This document shows, piece after piece, positions 9,806 through 20,564 of a DNA stretch of 64,000 nucleotides. How positions within the stretch are numbered: position 1 is the first letter of the stretch; each line of letters opens with the position of its first letter. Position numbers and translations under genes: made by a program. The stretch spans positions 38,574 to 102,573 of the forward strand of contig CAVXOY010000015.1 in NCBI GenBank assembly GCA_963763495.1. The letters run 5' to 3'. The notes under the pieces are model-generated. The model made no database searches. It had not been told where the DNA came from and saw nothing but the letters and a program-made list of their open reading frames with translations. Source of the stretch: an uncultured Chloroflexia bacterium. Lineage in GTDB: Bacteria; Chloroflexota; Dehalococcoidia; DSTF01; JALHUB01.

Positions 9806-10678
9806 GTCTGCTCTTTCTCCTCGGAATCGCCACTCAGGTCTGGCTCCGCCGACTCCAACTCCACTGGGCGTGACTCGCTGGAATGACCACCGGCACGCCC
9901 TTCTTTGTGAACGCCGTCAGGATGTCGATCGGGACCGGGAAGATGATGGTGCTGTTCTTCTCGGTTGCCACCTCCTGAGCGTTTGGAGGAACCGGAGCTG
10001 CAGCGTGGTAGGGGTACGCGCGATTATTCCCCCGGCCTGGGCGAGGCGTTCGGCGGCCTGGAACTCGCCCTCGGCGTTGATGATCTTGGCGCGGCGCTCT
10101 CTCTCCGCCTCCGCCTGACGGGCCATCGCGCGCTGCATCCCCTGCGGCAGCTCGACGTCCTTCACCTCCACCGTGCTCACCTTGACGCCCCAGGGCTCGG
10201 TCTGCTCGTCGATGATCTGCTGGAGGCGCTGGTTTATCTTCTCGCGCTCCGAGAGCAGTTCATCGAGGGAGGACTGGCCGAGGACGCTTCGCAGCGTCGT
10301 CTGGGCTATCTGGAAGGTGGCTCGGATGTGGTCCAGCACCTTCAGGACGGCATCCCAGGGCCGCACAATGCGGAAATAGACGACGGCGTTCACCTTCACG
10401 GTGACGTTGTCTTTGGTGATCGCCTCCTGGCTGGGCACGTCCATGGTAACGATGCGGAGGTCTGTCTTAACCAGCCGCTCGACGCCGGGGATGATGAGGA
10501 AGGGCCCCGGTGGGCAGACTCCCATGGCGCGGCCGAGACGGAAGAGGACGCCCCGCTCGTACTCCTGAACGATCCGCAGAGCGCCGAGGATCGCCAGCGG
10601 CAGGAGCAGCCAGCGGACCCACCAGTTGGTGACAACCCTCTCCGGCGCTGTCGTCGGGTTAATTGTTGGTGTCGACAT
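9802..10678 (-). CDS. SPFH/stomatin (slipin) family protein; frameshift near 9975, C-terminus approximate
   Basis: [43 protein letters not shown] and [12 protein letters not shown]; the tail [15 protein letters not shown] lies in another frame. Confidence 0.9.
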
Positions 10679-12045
10679 CTTGTACCTCCTTGCGTATGGG
10701 GCGCACCCTCAGCCTGATTCCTTCCAACTCGACAATCTCTACCGTCTCACCTTCTTCAATGCGGCCCTCGGTGCTGACCGCCGACCAGAGCTCGCCTTCA
10801 AGAAAGACCATACCCCCGGGATCCAGCGTCGAACGGGCTTCCCCTCGGCGACCCACAAGCAACTGAGTTCCCATAGCTGCCGGCTGACGGCGGGCGCGGA
10901 GAAGGGCGTTGACAGATGTAATGAAGAATACACCAATGATGGCGGCCAGGCCGAAGATCAGCCAGCGGGAAACCTGGAAATCGGGGTTGTTGGTGCTGGT
11001 CAAGAGCAGGCCGCCCATTATCAGTGACACTATCCCGCCCACGCCGAGGGCGCCGAAGCCGGAGACTACGATCTCGGCAAAGAACAGGACAAAGGCGAGG
11101 ATGATCAGGAATACGGCGGCCCAGTTCACGGGCAGCGTGCCCAGGGAGAAAAATCCCACGAGAAGGGCGATGGCGCCGAAGACGCCGGGGAAGAAGATAC
11201 CGGGGTGAATGAGCTCGATGAAAAGCCCCATCATCCCTAGACTGAGCAGCAAGAACGCGATGTTGGGGTCGGAGATGAATGTTCAGAAAGCGCTCGAACA
11301 GGCTCATGTCGTTGTAGACGACGGGTACGCCTGTGGTGCGGACGGCAACTGTCCCTGAGGGGAGGTCAACCGAGCGCCCATTTGCCTGTTCAAGCAGGTC
11401 ATCCAGACTAGATGCGACGAGGTCGATTACGTTTAGCTGCAGCGCTTCGTCTTGGTTGGTCGCGATGCTGCGGCGGACGGCGCTCTCCGCCCAGTCCTCG
11501 TTTCGACCGCGCAGCTTGGCGATTCCCTTGATGTACTCGGCCGCCTCATTGGTCGTCTTGTCTCCCAGGTTGCCTTCGATGTCTCCGCCTGTGCTGCTGA
11601 CAGGGTGAGCCGCGCCGATGGTGGTGTTGGGGGCCATCGCCGCCACATGCGCCGCCATGGTTATGAACGTACCGGCGGACGCGGCGCGCGCTCCTGCCGG
11701 CGAGACGTAGACGATGATGGGGACAGTCGCATCCTCGATCCGCTGGACGATGTCGCGCATGGACGTATCAAGGCCGCCCGGCGTGTCGAGGCGGATGACG
11801 ACGGCGGTCGCGTCGGCGTCTTCAGCAGCGTCGATGCCCCGGTCGAGGTAGCGGGCCATGACAGGGTTGACATCGCCGTCGGCAGTGAGAACGTTGACCG
11901 CCTCGCGGGTGTCGACTGAGGTCTGACAGGACAGGGCAATCGACGCCCCGAACACGGCTGCTGTGGCCAAGAGCAGACGCCGTATACGGGAGATGCATCG
12001 CTCGGACCGTAGGTTTCGTATGGGGATCGTTTTCACGCCCCACAT
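10659..12045 (-). CDS. NfeD-family membrane serine protease (stomatin partner); frameshift near 11280
   Basis: [21 protein letters not shown] and [15 protein letters not shown] in the N-terminal ORF; TM region and C-terminal OB fold ([12 protein letters not shown]) in ORF 10659-11252. Confidence 0.88.
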
Positions 12046-12173
12046 TATACACGTCTTGGATGCCGAATTCAGGACTTGGGTGATATGCAGCCGGAGATCG
12101 TTCGGTTGAATGGGCCCAAGCGCTATAGTAGAATGAGCCTGCCTGTTGACGACAACCTCAGTCGAGGGAGCGC

Positions 12174-13445
12174 TTGATGGCCGATGGAGACGAACCATTG
12201 CGTTGCCGGGGTATGCGAGACCTCCTGCCAGGAGAGATGGCAGGCTACCGGCAGGTTGAGGAGACCTTCGCCCGCACCTGCGGCGAGTGGGGGTACTCTG
12301 AGATCCGTACGCCCACGATTGAGTTCCTCCACCTGTTCACGGCCGCAGGTACCCTCTCGCCCCAGATGCTCGAACGTACCTACTCCTTTCTCGACTGGGA
12401 CGGCTGGAGCGGCGAGAGAGTAGTCCTTCGTCCCGACGCCACGATCCCTGCCGCCCGCCTGTACGTCGAGAACCTGCCCCCGGGTCAACTCGCTCGTTTC
12501 TTCTACACGCAAAACGTCTTCCGCTTCTCGACCGGCGAGGAATCGCGCGAGGACTGGCAGTGCGGCGTCGAGCTTATCGGCGAGACCGCGCTCGCGGGGG
12601 ACGTTGAGCTGATCCTTCTTGGTCGCGCCGTGCTGGAGAGGCTGGGCTTGACCGGCTTGAAGGTCGGGCTATCGCACGCGGGGTTGGTGCGAACGGTTCT
12701 CTCGGCGGCGGGACTCGACACGGCAGCGCAAGTGGCTGCCTATGACCGCATACTCGACAGCGACCTGACGGTGCTGGGAGAAATCGAGGCCAAACTACCC
12801 GATCTGAAGGCGCCGCTGCATCTCCTCTTCGATATGCAAGGGGGGAAGGCGTCCTATCTGGCGAACCTCAGAGCGGCATTTCTATCAGGAGTGCCGGGGA
12901 TGGCCGGGCCCCTTGACGACCTGATGAAGGTCGCTGCCACCCTTGATAGGGCGAGTTGCGATTATCAGGTCCAGACGACGCTTGTGCGGAGCTTCGAGTA
13001 CTATACCGGACCGGTGTTCGAGTTTCGGGCCAACGGACGGCGGGTGGGCGGTGGTGGCCGCTATGATGACCTGATCGGGCTTGTCGGCGGCGAGAATGTG
13101 CCGGCGTCGGGGTTTGCGCTGTCGGCGCGGGAGTTGGCGTCGCAGTTGAGACCGAGGCCCCATGCCGGCGACGGTGAGGAGAGTTGGGTGGTAAGACCGG
13201 TCGGTGATTCTCCAGAGGTACTGGCGGCATCATTTGCGGCGGTGGCGCATCTGCACGCGAGCGGCACGAGGGCATCAATCGGTTCTCTGGCGGGGGAGAG
13301 CACGGTCGGTCGCTGGGAGTTGACGGTCGATCAACGGCGGGGCCGCCTGACCTACCGGCTGCTGGACAAGCTGACCAGCAGGCAGACAAGCCACGCTGCT
13401 TTGGAGGAAGCCCTTAATGTCGCGGAGGCAGCCCCCGATGATTAG
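12174..13445 (+). CDS. hisZ: ATP phosphoribosyltransferase regulatory subunit (HisRS-like)
   Basis: RGMRDLLP, VVLRPDAT, QCGVELIG, FEYYTG, GGGRYD and GFALS; directly upstream of hisG. Confidence 0.85.
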   Translation: MMADGDEPLRCRGMRDLLPGEMAGYRQVEETFARTCGEWGYSEIRTPTIEFLHLFTAAGTLSPQMLERTYSFLDWDGWSGERVVLRPDATIPAARLYVENLPPGQLARFFYTQNVFRFSTGEESREDWQCGVELIGETALAGDVELILLGRAVLERLGLTGLKVGLSHAGLVRTVLSAAGLDTAAQVAAYDRILDSDLTVLGEIEAKLPDLKAPLHLLFDMQGGKASYLANLRAAFLSGVPGMAGPLDDLMKVAATLDRASCDYQVQTTLVRSFEYYTGPVFEFRANGRRVGGGGRYDDLIGLVGGENVPASGFALSARELASQLRPRPHAGDGEESWVVRPVGDSPEVLAASFAAVAHLHASGTRASIGSLAGESTVGRWELTVDQRRGRLTYRLLDKLTSRQTSHAALEEALNVAEAAPDD

Positions 13446-14859
13446 ACTCGCTCTGCCGGCCGGCGACCTCAGAGAGCCTCTGGGTGATCTACTCAGAGAA
13501 GCGGGCCTCCCGGTGGATGACTATGCCGGTGGGTCTCGTTCCTATGTAGCACGGGGCAGCCAAGAGAACGGCATCCAGATCCGCGTCTTTCGCGAGGCAG
13601 ACATCCCTATTCAGATAGCGATGGGGAACTATGACGTTGGTATCTGCAATCTGAGTTGGGTGGAAGACCTAATGCAGCGCTACCCCAGCGATGCTGTCGT
13701 GGCGGTGCGTGACCTGGGTCTCCAGCAGCGTTCTCTATATGTGGCGGGGGCAGGAAACGAGAGAGACTCTCTGCTGGACTGGAGTAGCTGGGGGGATCTC
13801 CGTATCGTCAGTGAGTTCCCCGACCTGGCGGAGGCATTTGCGCGGCATCTGCGGCTACCGTCATATCGAGTGTTCCCGGTCTGGGGCGCGGCCGAGAGCT
13901 ATCCGCCGGAAGATGCAGACCTAGCATTGATCTTGGCCGAAGATGAGGATGCGGTGCGAAGGCAAGGGTTGATGCCGGTGCACCGGCTCCTGGAATGCTC
14001 GGCTTGGCTGGTGGCAAATCGGGAAAGTATGGCGAAGAAGGACCTCAGCGCTGTGCTGGAGCCGCTGCTGGCGCCAAACGGAAGAGGCAACGGCAGACCG
14101 TCGCTCTCGTTGCCGACGGCTCGACCGATGGGCAGAGCGCGGTCGGGTAAGCGCTCCACCTCTCGGCGAGAGGACGTTCTGCGCTTGGCGCTGCCCGATG
14201 GGCACCAACAGAAACACACGGTTGCGGCTCTTGAGGCAGCGGGGCTGCGCATATCGGGTTATGACCAAGAGACGACGACGTCGCGTCCCCAAGCGGAGAT
14301 GCCCAACCTGGAGATAAAGGTGATCCGCCCACAGGATATGCCGCAGCAGGTGGCACTCGGACACTTCGACCTGGCAGTTACGGGACGCGACTGGCTTCTC
14401 GATCACCTCTATCGATTTCCGTCGAGCCCTGTAGAGGAGGCTGTCGACCTGGATATCGGACGCTACAGCATTGCCGGCGTCGTCAGCGAGGACTTGCCTG
14501 CGCAGAGCCTGACAGAGGCGATCAGCTCGTGGCAACGAGAAGGCAAGAATACGGTGCGGATCGCCTCTGAGTATGTGAACATCGCCGATCACTGGGCGCG
14601 GAGCTGTCACCTATCTCGCTACAAGGTGATACCGATCACTGGAGCGTCGGAGGGTTTCGTGCCCGACGACGCGGAGATGCTGGTCGAGGGAACGGAGACA
14701 GGAGCAACGCTGGCGGCGAACCGCCTTAAGATCGTCGAGAGGCTCTTTGAATCGACAACCTGCCTTATCGCTCATCAAGGGCCGGTCAGCGACAAGCGGC
14801 GGCGGCTGATGACAGAGGTGATAGGCATGTTCAAACGGTCCGCGGGAGCAGGCGCCTAG
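13438..14859 (+). CDS. hisG: ATP phosphoribosyltransferase with two tandem HisG-like domains
   Basis: Two RLALP-starting domains. The second has RPQDMPQQVALGHFDLAVTGRDW, RIASEY, GASE, ETGATLAANRL and ESTTCLI. Confidence 0.85.
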   Translation: MIRLALPAGDLREPLGDLLREAGLPVDDYAGGSRSYVARGSQENGIQIRVFREADIPIQIAMGNYDVGICNLSWVEDLMQRYPSDAVVAVRDLGLQQRSLYVAGAGNERDSLLDWSSWGDLRIVSEFPDLAEAFARHLRLPSYRVFPVWGAAESYPPEDADLALILAEDEDAVRRQGLMPVHRLLECSAWLVANRESMAKKDLSAVLEPLLAPNGRGNGRPSLSLPTARPMGRARSGKRSTSRREDVLRLALPDGHQQKHTVAALEAAGLRISGYDQETTTSRPQAEMPNLEIKVIRPQDMPQQVALGHFDLAVTGRDWLLDHLYRFPSSPVEEAVDLDIGRYSIAGVVSEDLPAQSLTEAISSWQREGKNTVRIASEYVNIADHWARSCHLSRYKVIPITGASEGFVPDDAEMLVEGTETGATLAANRLKIVERLFESTTCLIAHQGPVSDKRRRLMTEVIGMFKRSAGAGA

Positions 14860-14875
14860 CAACGGGAAGCTCGTC

Positions 14876-15628
14876 ATGCCACATCTGGTATTCCACATGA
14901 CTGTGGCCAGGGAGCTTGCGGGAGAGCTCAAGAGTCCTGTCATCGACAAGGACCGGGGCTCATACTACATGGGCGCCACGGGGCCGGATATGCACATCCT
15001 GAGCGGCACGAAGCGTCACTCCTCGCACTTCTTCGACCTCGACTGTGTGGAGGAACAGAACTGCGTGGGATCATTCTTCGACGCTTTCCCGGAACTGCGA
15101 GATTCACGGGAGCTATCCCCGGGGACAGCGGCATTTGTGGGGGGATATCTCACGCATCTGGTCATCGATGAGGTCTGGATTACCGACATATACCGTCCCT
15201 TCTTCGGGCCGGAGTCGCCGCTGAGAGGTGATGCCCAGGCCAACGTCATGGATCGTATCCTTCAGTACGACATGGACTTGCAGCGGCGGCAGGAGAGAGA
15301 GGTTACCGCTGAGATACGAGAGGAACTCCTGGCTACACCGCTCGACGTGCGGGTAGCTTTCGCAGATGGAGAGACCCTTCGCCGCTGGCGGGACGTAGCG
15401 GTCGAGATGCTATCGCGGTCGCCCAGTTGGGATCGCTTTCGTTATCTGGCGGGTCGCTTTCTGAGGAATATCGGCGTCGAAACCGAGGAGCAGTTGGAGG
15501 AGTTTCTAAAGACGGTGCCTAGTCTTCTGGAGAAGGCCAGGCAGCAAGTGGGCGAGAATCAGATAGAGGCATCCGTCGACAAGATGACTGCTCGCTCTCT
15601 CGGAACATTGAAGGAATACCTGGGATGA
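14876..15628 (+). CDS. Zinc-dependent phospholipase C family protein
   Basis: MPHLVFH N-terminus, GATGPD, HFF and GYLTHLVIDE, the Zn_dep_PLPC-type ligand pattern. Confidence 0.65.
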   Translation: MPHLVFHMTVARELAGELKSPVIDKDRGSYYMGATGPDMHILSGTKRHSSHFFDLDCVEEQNCVGSFFDAFPELRDSRELSPGTAAFVGGYLTHLVIDEVWITDIYRPFFGPESPLRGDAQANVMDRILQYDMDLQRRQEREVTAEIREELLATPLDVRVAFADGETLRRWRDVAVEMLSRSPSWDRFRYLAGRFLRNIGVETEEQLEEFLKTVPSLLEKARQQVGENQIEASVDKMTARSLGTLKEYLG

Positions 15629-16956
15629 GGATTATCGAAGGGGCCGAGGAAGCTCGGAGGACGCTGCTGCGGCGGCAGCCGCTGGGCGAGACGGCGGTGC
15701 CGATCGCTGTGCGCCAGAAGACGCGGGAGATGTTCGGCGCTGAGCTGTCGCCGGCAGAGGCGGTAGCGCGCATACTGGCGGACGTGCGGGCTGAGGGAGA
15801 CGCAGCCGTACTCCGGTACAGCGAAGCATTCGACGGCGTGTCTTACCCATCGCTCGTGGTCGCGAAAGAGGAGATGAAGGCCGCGTACGAGCAGGTGGAA
15901 CCGAAGATCGCGGCTGCTCTGCGCTTTGCCGCCGAACGCATCAGACTGTTCCACGAGATGCAACTCGAGCGCACGATGTCCAGCTTCTCGGTCGGAGGGT
16001 TAGGCCAGCAGGTACGCCCTCTGGAGAAGGTAGGTCTCTATGCGGCGGGGACGGTGGCTGTCTACCCCTCGTCGGTGCTCATGACAGCGATACCGGCGCG
16101 GGTGGCCGGCGTGGCCGAGATATGCATGATTACTCCGGTGGGAAGCGACGGTCGGGTCTCACCGCTGAAGCTGGTCGCCGCCGATATCGCCGGCATCACC
16201 AAGGTCTTTCGGGGCAGCGGCGCTCAGGCGGTTGCCGCCTTCGCTTTTGGAACGGAGAGCATACCGCGTGTGGACAAGATCTGCGGGCCGGGCAACCTCT
16301 TCGTCACGCTGGCCAAGCAGCAGGTGTACGGCTGGGTTGGCATCGATGCGATCTACGGGCCTACAGAGACGATAGTGGTGGCCGACGACAGCGCCGACCC
16401 CGCTCTCTGTGCCGCCGATCTGCTGGCCCAGGCAGAGCACGACGAGTTGGCGACGCCGATCCTGATCACACCATCGCTGGAGGTGGCACGGGCCGTCGAG
16501 CGGGAGATCGAGCGGCAACTGGCCGACCTGGAGCGCGCCGCTATCGCCCGCTCGTCGCTGGAGACGCGTGGGGGAGCTGTGGTAGCGAAAGACATGGAGG
16601 AGGCGATCGCTCTCGCCGATGAGTTCGCGCCGGAGCATCTGTGCCTGGCGGTGCGCGACGCTGCCGCATGGGCGGAGCAGGTGCGGAACGCAGGCGGGCT
16701 CTTCGTGGGAGAGTCGTCGCCGGAGGCGATGGGGGACTTCACGGCCGGGCCCAGTCACGTCATGCCGACCGCCGGCAGCGCCCGCTTCTCGTCGCCGTTG
16801 AACGTGCTGGACTTCCTGAAGATTACCAACGTGGTCGCGGTAGGTGAGGATGCCCTGCGTGAGTGGGGGCCGGCGGCCGCAGCCATCGCGCGCGTGGAGG
16901 GCCTGACGGCGCATGCGCGGGCGATAGAGATGCGGCTGGAGAATCAAAAGCGATAA
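15625..16956 (+). CDS. hisD: Histidinol dehydrogenase
   Basis: [40 protein letters not shown] and GPSHVMPT. Confidence 0.96.
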   Translation: MRIIEGAEEARRTLLRRQPLGETAVPIAVRQKTREMFGAELSPAEAVARILADVRAEGDAAVLRYSEAFDGVSYPSLVVAKEEMKAAYEQVEPKIAAALRFAAERIRLFHEMQLERTMSSFSVGGLGQQVRPLEKVGLYAAGTVAVYPSSVLMTAIPARVAGVAEICMITPVGSDGRVSPLKLVAADIAGITKVFRGSGAQAVAAFAFGTESIPRVDKICGPGNLFVTLAKQQVYGWVGIDAIYGPTETIVVADDSADPALCAADLLAQAEHDELATPILITPSLEVARAVEREIERQLADLERAAIARSSLETRGGAVVAKDMEEAIALADEFAPEHLCLAVRDAAAWAEQVRNAGGLFVGESSPEAMGDFTAGPSHVMPTAGSARFSSPLNVLDFLKITNVVAVGEDALREWGPAAAAIARVEGLTAHARAIEMRLENQKR

Positions 16957-16974
16957 AGAAGAAGGACGCAAGTC

Positions 16975-18095
16975 TTGACGGACAAGGAAAGCCCGGGGAT
17001 TGATATCACGAGCCTGATGCGGCCGGAGCTGGCAGAACTAGAGGGCTATGAGCCGATCGAGCCCATAGACCAGCTTGCCCGGCGACTGGGTATCGAACCG
17101 GGACAGGTGATCAAGCTCGATGGCAACGAGAACCCGTACGGGCCGTCGCCCAAGGCGCTGGAGGCGATAGCGAGCTATCCCTACTATCACATCTACCCCG
17201 ACCCGGAGCAGCGAGAGGCGCGGGCAGCGCTGTCACGATTCCTGGGCGTGGGCGAGGAATACCTCATCGCCGGCAGCGGCAGCGATGAGGTCATGGATAT
17301 GGTGTTGCGGGTGTTCCTGGCGCCGGGCGAGGGCGTCATCAACTGCTCGCCCACATTTGGAATGTACCCTTTCCTAACGAAGGTCGCCGGCGGACGCGTG
17401 ATAGACGTGCCACGGCGGGAGGACTTCTCGCTGGACGTGCCCGCTATCGAGGCGGTGGCGAGAGATGCGAAGCTCGTCTTCATCGCTTCGCCCAACAACC
17501 CGTCGGGGAACGTCATCGCCCGCGACGAGCTTGATGCGTTGCTGGCGACGAAGCTCGTCGTCGTGCTGGACGAGGCGTACGGCGAGTTCGCCGGTGAGGA
17601 GCTCTACGTCGCAGGTACCGCGCCACGACAATCTGCTGGTGCTGCGGACGTTCAGCAAGTGGGCGGGACTGGCAGGGTTGCGGGTAGGGTATGGCATCTT
17701 CCCACCAGCGGTGGTACAGGCGGCGATGAAGATCAAGCAGCCGTATAATCTAAATGCGGCGGCGCAGGCGGCGCTCCTGGCGTCGCTGGCAGACGAAGGA
17801 GCTTCTGCGGGAGCGGGTACAGGCGCTGGTGGCGGAACGAGAGCAACTGGCAGTGGCGCTCGCCGGCATCGCGTTTCTGCGGCCGCTGCCGTCACAGGCG
17901 AACTTCATACTCTGTCGAGTAGTCGGCATCGAGGCGCGAGAGGTGTGGGGGAGGCTCAGGGAACGAGGTATAATGGTGCGCTACTTCGATTCGCCACGAG
18001 TGCGCGATTGTCTGCGGATCAGCGTCGGGCTGCCGGAGCACAGGGAGGCGCTGATCAAGGCGCTACAGGAGATAGGAGGCCAACTTGGCAGGTGA
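16975..18095 (+). CDS. hisC: Histidinol-phosphate aminotransferase; frameshifts near 17605 and 17800
   Basis: [52 protein letters not shown] and LRISVG, spread over three frames. Confidence 0.93.
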
Positions 18096-18681
18096 GCGGG
18101 TAGGCAAGGAAGAGCGGGAGACCAAAGAGACGAAGGTCTACGTCGAGGTGGACCTGGATGGTAGCGGGCAGGCCAGCATCGCCACCGGCGTGGGCATGCT
18201 CGATCACCTGCTGGAGCAGATAGCGCGGCATGGCCGTATTGACATAACTATCAAAGCGGAGGGTGACCTCCAGATAGACCCCCACCACACGGCAGAGGAC
18301 GTAGCGATCTGCCTGGGCCGGGCGCTTCGCAAGGCGCTGGGGAAGAAGGCGGGTATCGTCCGCTTCGGGCATGCAGTTGTGCCGCTGGATGAGGCGCTGG
18401 CACTGGTAGCGGTTGACGTGAGCGGGCGGGGATTTGCCGCCCTTGATCTGACGTGGACAGGGGAGCGGGTAGGAGAGCTGCCGACAGAACTGATCGGTCA
18501 CATGCTGTGGTCAATCGCCACTGAGGGTGAATTGACGTTGCACGCACAGGTGCTGGCGGGCGCGAGCGATCACCACAAGGCGGAGGCGGTGTTCAAGGCG
18601 CTGGCGCGGGCGCTGGGTGCGGCGACACGGCTGGACCCGCGCTTGGGAGGCGAGGTGCCGAGCACCAAGGGGCAGCTCTAG
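18085..18681 (+). CDS. hisB: Imidazoleglycerol-phosphate dehydratase (monofunctional)
   Basis: [42 protein letters not shown] and PSTKG. Confidence 0.95.
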   Translation: MAGERVGKEERETKETKVYVEVDLDGSGQASIATGVGMLDHLLEQIARHGRIDITIKAEGDLQIDPHHTAEDVAICLGRALRKALGKKAGIVRFGHAVVPLDEALALVAVDVSGRGFAALDLTWTGERVGELPTELIGHMLWSIATEGELTLHAQVLAGASDHHKAEAVFKALARALGAATRLDPRLGGEVPSTKGQL

Positions 18682-18684
18682 GAG

Positions 18685-18939
18685 CTAGTCGCCGATCTCC
18701 TGCAGCTCGAAGCGGTAGTCCTCGATGATGGGGTTGGCCAGGAGATCGCGGCACATATCGTGCACCTTGGCTTCGGCCTGAGCCCTGTCAGCCTCGGCGA
18801 TGCGGACCTCCAGGTACTTGCCCACACGGACGCTCTCCACGCTTTCGAACCCCAGCGAGTGAAGGCCTCCCCTAACGGTGAGCCCCTGCGGGTCGTTGAC
18901 GGTGGGCTTCAGGGTTACGTATACCTTGGCAAGAAACAC
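18685..18939 (-). CDS. purS: Phosphoribosylformylglycinamidine synthase subunit PurS
   Basis: VTLKPTVNDPQG, VRVGK and LLANPIIEDY. Confidence 0.93.
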   Translation of the reverse strand: MFLAKVYVTLKPTVNDPQGLTVRGGLHSLGFESVESVRVGKYLEVRIAEADRAQAEAKVHDMCRDLLANPIIEDYRFELQEIGD

Positions 18940-18955
18940 GCTGCTTCGTCTCCTC

Positions 18956-19858
18956 TTATGATTTCGAACGGTGGCTGAGATCGTGACCCGTGAGCCGGCG
19001 GAACGCCTCGCGATAACGGGCGGAGGTTCCGGTTACTATCTCCGGCGGTAGCTTGGGCGCGGGCGGCTTCTTGTCCCAGCCGGAGTGCACAAGCCAGTCG
19101 CGGACGGGCTGCTTGTCGAAGCTGGGCTGCGCCTTTCCGGGCTGGTACGTGTCGAAAGACCAGAAGCGGCTGGAGTCAGGCGTCACAAGCTCGTCGATCA
19201 GAATGAGCTTGTCGTCACACCAGCCGAACTCGAACTTGGTGTCGGCGATTATGATCCCCCTCTGCCGGGCATAGTTGGCGGCATAGCGGTAGACGGCCAT
19301 CGTGCTGTCGCGCAGGAGAGCCGCAGTCTCCGCGCCCACCCTGTCCGCCACCTGCTCGAAGCTGATGTTGATGTCGTGGCCGGATTCCTCCTTCGAAGAG
19401 GGAGTGAAGATGGGTTCGGGCAACTCAGCGCTCTCCCGCAACCCCTTGGGCAGCGTAATGCCGCACACGGTACCGCCCTCCTGGTACTCGGCCCAGCCGG
19501 AGCCGGCGAGATAACCGCGAGCCACGCACTCGATGTCGAGCCGCCGCGCCTTGCGCACGATCATCGACCGCCCGGCCATCTCGTGCGAGCAGGGGAAGGG
19601 AAGGTCGGCGTTGTCGCAGTTGCTGAGGAGCCGCAGGAAGTGGTTGGGAATCACCCCCTTCGTCTTCTCAAACCAGAAGGCGGATAGCTGGGTCAGTACA
19701 GCGCCCTTGTCGGGGATGCCGTTGGGCAGGACGACGTCGAAGGCGGATATGCGGTCGGTGGCGACCATGAGCAGGCGGCCGTCGCCCAGGTCGTAGGTGT
19801 CGCGCACCTTGCCGCGGGCATAGAGATTGGGGAGGTTGGTCTCAAGCAACACTGACAT
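18956..19858 (-). CDS. purC: SAICAR synthase
   Basis: GKVRDTY, ATDRISAFD, ECVARGYLAGS, IADTKFEFG, TPDSSRFW and FDKQPVRDWL. Confidence 0.96.
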   Translation of the reverse strand: MSVLLETNLPNLYARGKVRDTYDLGDGRLLMVATDRISAFDVVLPNGIPDKGAVLTQLSAFWFEKTKGVIPNHFLRLLSNCDNADLPFPCSHEMAGRSMIVRKARRLDIECVARGYLAGSGWAEYQEGGTVCGITLPKGLRESAELPEPIFTPSSKEESGHDINISFEQVADRVGAETAALLRDSTMAVYRYAANYARQRGIIIADTKFEFGWCDDKLILIDELVTPDSSRFWSFDTYQPGKAQPSFDKQPVRDWLVHSGWDKKPPAPKLPPEIVTGTSARYREAFRRLTGHDLSHRSKS

Positions 19859-20564
19859 GCTGGCTCCTCCGGCTGGAAAGGTCGAAGAACATCAACGTGA
19901 ACGCTCCCGCCGTAAAGGGGAGGACTATCGTCGTTATGACGGCGCTGATCAAGGCGGAGGCTATGGGTGAAGTCCAGGCGAACAGCGCCGCGACTCCGTA
20001 GCTGGGGATGGCGGCAAGCAGCGATATGACGATCACGATGCCGAAGGTCCGCCACCACGATCCCTTGACGATGTCAGCGCTCAGCGAGAGAGCGTCGCCT
20101 GAGTCTGTTTGCTCGATAACCACTGCCTGAGGATAGAAAGCCCAGCGGATCCACAGGTAGATAGCGAACGGTATGCCGACGATCGTAATCCCGATGAGCA
20201 AGGTTATGCCCACGACGCGCAGGGCAGCGAGGAGTAGGACCCCCAACCGACTAAGCACCTGACGGTAGGAGCGGTTGAAGTCAGCGGGCAGCCCGTCGCT
20301 GATGTCGGCGATGGCGCGGATGAGCGCGGCGGTGACGGCGATGCTAAAGATGATGGCGGGAATAGGCAGCAGCAACGCAAGAAGTAGGCTGACGATCTCG
20401 TTGGGGACAACGACGGGGGCCACTGCGACCACGATGTCGATGGGGAGAGCGACAGCGGCGATGGCCACGAACTCGCCGAAGTTGTGGCGGTAGAGGGATA
20501 TGGCCCCATCTATGATCTGGCTCAGGTCTCGGGGCTTTCGTATCTGGTCAGGCGCAATTGTCAT
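19842..20564 (-). CDS. Hypothetical integral membrane protein
   Basis: About six hydrophobic segments; pattern of wide membrane families (ALSLSADIVKGSWWRTFG); overlaps purB and purC. Confidence 0.75.
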   Translation of the reverse strand: MTIAPDQIRKPRDLSQIIDGAISLYRHNFGEFVAIAAVALPIDIVVAVAPVVVPNEIVSLLLALLLPIPAIIFSIAVTAALIRAIADISDGLPADFNRSYRQVLSRLGVLLLAALRVVGITLLIGITIVGIPFAIYLWIRWAFYPQAVVIEQTDSGDALSLSADIVKGSWWRTFGIVIVISLLAAIPSYGVAALFAWTSPIASALISAVITTIVLPFTAGAFTLMFFDLSSRRSQHVSVA

